Assembly (NCBI GenBank): GCA_002269645.1
Contig: NIVC01001155.1
Coordinates: 45,731-109,730 of the forward strand
Origin: Macrostomum lignano
Lineage: Eukaryota
Length of the DNA stretch: 64,000 nucleotides
Reading direction: 5' to 3'
A program made the translations under genes and the position numbers. The notes below the pieces were generated by a model. The model was not told the DNA's origin, made no database searches, and worked only from the letters and a program-made list of their open reading frames with translations. Below, in pieces: positions 59,329-64,000 of this stretch; position 1 is the first letter of the stretch; each line of letters opens with the position of its first letter.

Positions 59329-59337
59329 ATTGTTGTT
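58080..59337 (+). mobile_element. Internally deleted RTE-like LINE with (TTG)n tail; 5' boundary approximate
   Basis: AVWTAVRTLT, RRISLMSGTAKLFNRLLLDRLQSVLDP, FTYLGG, GHVIRAEGYCPLSVQ..RRGQAQ; RT core missing; TTG run at 59290-59337. Confidence 0.85.
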
Positions 59338-62300
59338 AAAGTTTTGGAGGGTTTATAGGTGTCGGCAGCAGCTGCACCCAAGGTGCTGCGTGGGGCATTA
59401 CTCGAAAGGGTGCCGCGGTCTCTCGGTCGGTGGCCGGAATGATTTGCTCAGGGTACTCGCCAATAGGAAAGCTTGATGAGAAGAGCAGCTTGAGAGTCCT
59501 GAGTGGTTGTGGCATAGTTTCCATCTATGCACATGTAGGAGAGAGTTGCACTGGACGAGGATAACAGCTGGTAGTAGCATAAAATTATGCCAGTCATTAT
59601 CAGCTAAGCAATCCACTTATATAACCTGCCCCATTAATTATTGCATATATAGGGGCTAAAGCTAGAGGATAGTTCAAAGGATATTGCATAGTAATGGGTT
59701 AATCAACTGGTAATAACTGCTATAAACTGCAGCTTGACTTTTGGACCTCCCGAAAAAACAGTTCTTGAATATTGATAAAAACGCAAACTGTAAACCAGCA
59801 ACTAACGAAACGAAATTGAAAAAAGGATAAAAATTCTTGGGCTGGCGACAGCTGAAGTCAGTCTGTGCGCTTCATCACTTATCGATTTTTCTTGTTTCAC
59901 TGCCCTGCTAGAGGGGCTGGTGGACTGGCGGACCAACTGGATCAAAGGTCGCAGCTCATGACAACTACTCAGGATCAAGTGAGAATGCCAATGTAGTGAG
60001 TCGCTAGTTTAGTTAGGCGCCGCACTAGTCAGCTGTTGCCCTCGCCCTCGCCCCAGGCTTCTGTCTGCCGCTGGGCAGTTGCCTGTCCCTCCCGTCTGTC
60101 CTCTGGCCTGTCCTCTGCCCGTTTGCCTGTCTGTCTGTTTGTCCTCGTCTGCCCCTTTTGTTTCGTTTTCCCTTTTTGCAGTGCCCAGACAGCTTGGTCT
60201 GGCCTGTCTCTGTTTCGTTCTCTGTTTGGCATCTCCAAATTTGGAGTGCCGTTCTGTTTTCCGGTCTCACGGGCACGAGTGCCTTCACATGTGGGCCTTT
60301 TCCCCTTGTCATGTGAGCCAGTCACATGACAAGGCCTTCTTCCTTCTTTAGTCGAAAGTGCAATGATTTCATCATTGTACGCCGGGCTCGTGTTTATGGG
60401 GAGATCACGTGCGCCCGGACCCCTGCCTCCTCTGAGGCAGAACCGCGCTTGTTTGTTGCTAAAAAAAGTAACAGAGTCACTCTTGACTCTCAGCGGGGAT
60501 CTTTCGTGGTATGGTGCAATCGATCCTCCCTATAAAGGCAGCCCCTCTCTTGGCTTGGCTCAGTCAACCGGCTTTCTCTCCTGTTTTCGAGCCCGAGATT
60601 TTCTCAGTTCAAGCCTCTAAGTTTGTGTGCCAAGTTTGCGCTTAAGTTGAACTCCAAGACTCCCGACTTTGCGTGTGCCTGCTTCCGTTGCTCCTGCTAT
60701 CAATTAGCAGGCCAGCTCAGATCGCCCGAAGCTAGCACTTTCGCTCTCACCCCGCACCAGCCCGGCAGGGACTGCTGACGCCTGACGGTGGGCACCTCTG
60801 CGCCAGAACTGCTAAATCTGCACGAAGTGCGAGTCTCTTTCTCTCGTCTTAGTTATTTGCTTCTCCAAGCTCAGCACCTCACCGAAGGCTGCGACTCTGC
60901 GAAGCTGGTGGCAGCACTACCAACGCTACTAGATCAACCGGAGACTTCCCAGAAGAGCTCAAGGTAGGCAGCTCACGTGACTGATTGGGAAGCAAAGAGT
61001 AACAAATACTTCACCAACAGGATAACAATTTCTGCACTCTGAACCCTGCTGGTAGTCAAAGCTTAAATGTCATCCAGCAGTTGAGTTGCGATAACGTTAT
61101 TGATAATATCATAAAAGCTGAGTTTTATTCTAGCATAAATGTACATCTTGGGTTGTTGCACGCGGTCAATAATTCATGTACGCAGTGAGACGGTAAAACT
61201 TTTTGCATGCGTTCTGTAGCCTTTACATATAAATGTTTTATTACACCATTATTTTGCCGTTAAAAACCATGCCTTATATTCGTAATCCATTGCACAACTT
61301 ACTCTTTTGTAAAAAAACTTATATACTCGTACAACTATTTCTTTTATATATATACTAAATCATTTATTATTCGCTGTTTCCAGTATAATGCACATCCAAT
61401 AATAAATTTATCTTAATACGCTCGTACAGTACGTGCGCCATTAGACCAAAAATACGTTCAGTTAGGGACGTACAGACTCTCCCCCAAACACCTGCCTATC
61501 CCCCGGTTGAACAAGCGTGTGTCTTCCCCCGTCCCCCTTCTCCAGACGTTCACCCAGGTGTACTGCCTTATCCCCAATCTAGACGTTTTGTCTATCCCCT
61601 GGCATTTGCCTATCCCTTTACTCGTACCCCTTTTAAACACACCTTTATCCATTAGGCGCCTTGCCTCCTTATTTCCTCTGGTATTCTGCCATTCCCCATC
61701 CCCAAGTCCTTTCCCCCATCATAATGATGGGTTTCGGCCTTTTCGGCCCCTTTCGGGAAGCCTTCGGGCCTCAGGTCTCAGAAATAAATCAATTAGAGTC
61801 CTGGCCCCCACTCCTGTCAGATGGTCAGCCCCATGGTAGCTTGATCGTGTGGCGAGCAGTCTAGGTCCTATGGCTAAGAGAGGGACAGCGAGAGACAAGC
61901 AGGGAGAATTTTGAAGGTAGAGATCAGCTAATCCGCAGATTAACCAACCCGCTGCCACCAGCCCGTGCGTCCTGGCTCACCAAACCGGAACTTTCGAAAT
62001 CGGGCTTCCGACTAGAGGGGGCATAGCACTTACCTGCCAACTAGTGTCTTTTTGCTGTCAATCTCGAAGTCATAGCCGATGATAAGGGACACTGCTGGGA
62101 CTAGATCGCATTGGCCATGCAGGTACAGAGGGGACTTGTGCAGGGGATTCTTGCAGTGGCGAGACTATGGGGTAGCTACATGTACTATTCCATTGCTAAA
62201 TACGAGGAATTGTACTTTTGGCCTTCAACGCGCCAACTAGCCTCTCATAGCGCTGATGATAGGCTAACTCGAACATCGGAGACCGCATGATTCATTACCC

Positions 62301-64000
62301 GAGCCGCTTGGCAAACCTAGAGTGCACAAAGTACATCTCTGGCGCCGATTTGCACTATTGGCAATTTTGCTCACTGATTTGATAGATTGATCGACTGAGA
62401 ACCGCCTTGCCATTGGTCCACTGTTGACCGGCGCCTACTAGCTTAGCTACTCATCTGAGCCATCGGCGAACAAAGAAATAAAACCGATAAAAATAACTGT
62501 CAGATTTAACCTTCTCCTTAGATCACTTCACTCTTCAGATCGAATTGGAGTTTCAGACTACTAGCAGTATTATTGAATGATTTCTGCCTCAGCAACAGCA
62601 CTACTGAACAAAATGAGCAAAAGTATGCGCCTAATTCAGCTACTGAAACAGGGGACAGATAAGGAATCACCCAATCAAGCAAGTCTAGGTAGCCTCTCAC
62701 CCAACCAATCAGAAACTCAACAGCCGGAGACCAGGTAATCCACAGTGACCGAATCGGCTTAGTGCTACGCAGCTGTAGACCCGGGATGATGCTGATGTCA
62801 CAACCTTCGCAGATAGCTAGCAGGTGATGATCTTAACCTTGATGTTCGCTGCTGACGACCGGGGAATTCGTCCTTGATGATGATGGGGGGGGAGTCGCGA
62901 TCCGGGGATCAAGAGACGACGGTCGAGCTCCGGGAGGTCTAAGTTAGGCCAAAGTCCTAGGAGGTTACCGGGGTTTGAGGTCCGAGCGGGCCAAAAACAC
63001 CGGTTTAAATAGCCGCCAACTGGACCGCAATTTGTTATAATGCAACACCTTGACGCTGATTGGCTGAGCCGATTTGTTATAACTGACGTCGAATTTTCTG
63101 ATTGGCTGAGCTTGTTGCCACCCAAACTCACGTGACCAGAAGATCTTATCAGTTCCCTCATGGCCATAAAAATACGACAGGTGCGGTCATAAATCACTCA
63201 AAATCGCTATATAATGATTTATGACCTTTCGCGTAGGAATGACAAAAATTAATGAAAAAATATGCATTAGAAAGATCTTATTAAGTAGAAAGTGAAGAGA
63301 AATCGCTAATCGCTAATCCGAAAGTACTTTTAGGAGTAAAACGCATAGCTGTCAAAGCTGTCAAACGCCTGAGTGAACACGAACAATAGGCCCTTACCTC
63401 ATAAATCTGATGGCCTGTCAAAAATGATGAGAAAAAAGCTACCGCCCGCATCCTCTGGCGCCAGCCTCAGCATTGAGTGAGGCGCAGGTGGCTGTCAGAC
63501 GTGCTCAAAAGCAATGATTCATGACCCCAAAAGCAGCAAAACACCGCGCCTATTTTATTATAACTACAAGTATGGCCGATTCATATGGCTACAAAAGTCC
63601 TACTAGTATGAAGTCTAGAAAAGTTACATAAAAAGAAGAAAAATGCTCATAGCCTGCTGTTAGTAGGCTAGCAAGTTTGGAACCCATGTGCGAGCGTGAA
63701 ATTTGGAAAAAAGTGCGTCCTCATCAATAACTTGATAGTATCGATTTATTCCCCCAGCCCAAAAGGTCCGTAACAAATTGGTGACTCAGCGGTGGAATTC
63801 CATTTATACTCCCCATAACCCTATAACAAATCGGTGACAGCTGTAAGATTAATAAATTCAATATTTCCCCCAGAACTTTCCCCTATAACAGTAGAAGCAT
63901 TCACTTTTAGAAGCTCACAAGTATATAAATCGCTAACTTGGCCAGTTTGGGTATCGCTCATTGCGCTCACTTTATATGTATATCGTGATTACTCTTTGCA

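Overview
Eukaryotic, intron-rich and very repeat-dense DNA. The TE families and minisatellite density suggest a free-living flatworm such as Macrostomum; this is inference only. Host genes I could reconstruct by splicing: (1) the 3' part of a fibronectin type III repeat gene (+, 162-5497); (2) a complete 185-aa secreted LDLa-domain precursor of the prohormone-4/IDLSRF-like family (-, 17909-26518); (3) a tandem pair of long helical (TPR-like) genes. Copy B (48145-54603) continues into two ZC3H7-type CCCH zinc-finger modules, while copy A (37498-40242) has lost them through a 3.9-kb deletion. Both copies share a frameshift on an A_AAA_AAG heptamer and an in-frame TGA. Mobile elements: a full-length LOA/R1-like LINE, a young Gypsy element with 222-bp LTRs, an internally deleted piggyBac, two RTE-like relics, an I-group-like RT fragment, an EnSpm-like transposase relic, a tRNA-derived SINE, a 1.24-kb palindromic element and several foldback elements. 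About a dozen minisatellite arrays are present. No rRNA, intact tRNA or CRISPR array was found. The best candidate for a new system is the TPR plus CCCH gene pair, a possible invertebrate RNA-sensing or antiviral locus. All comparisons were made by eye; no database search was run.
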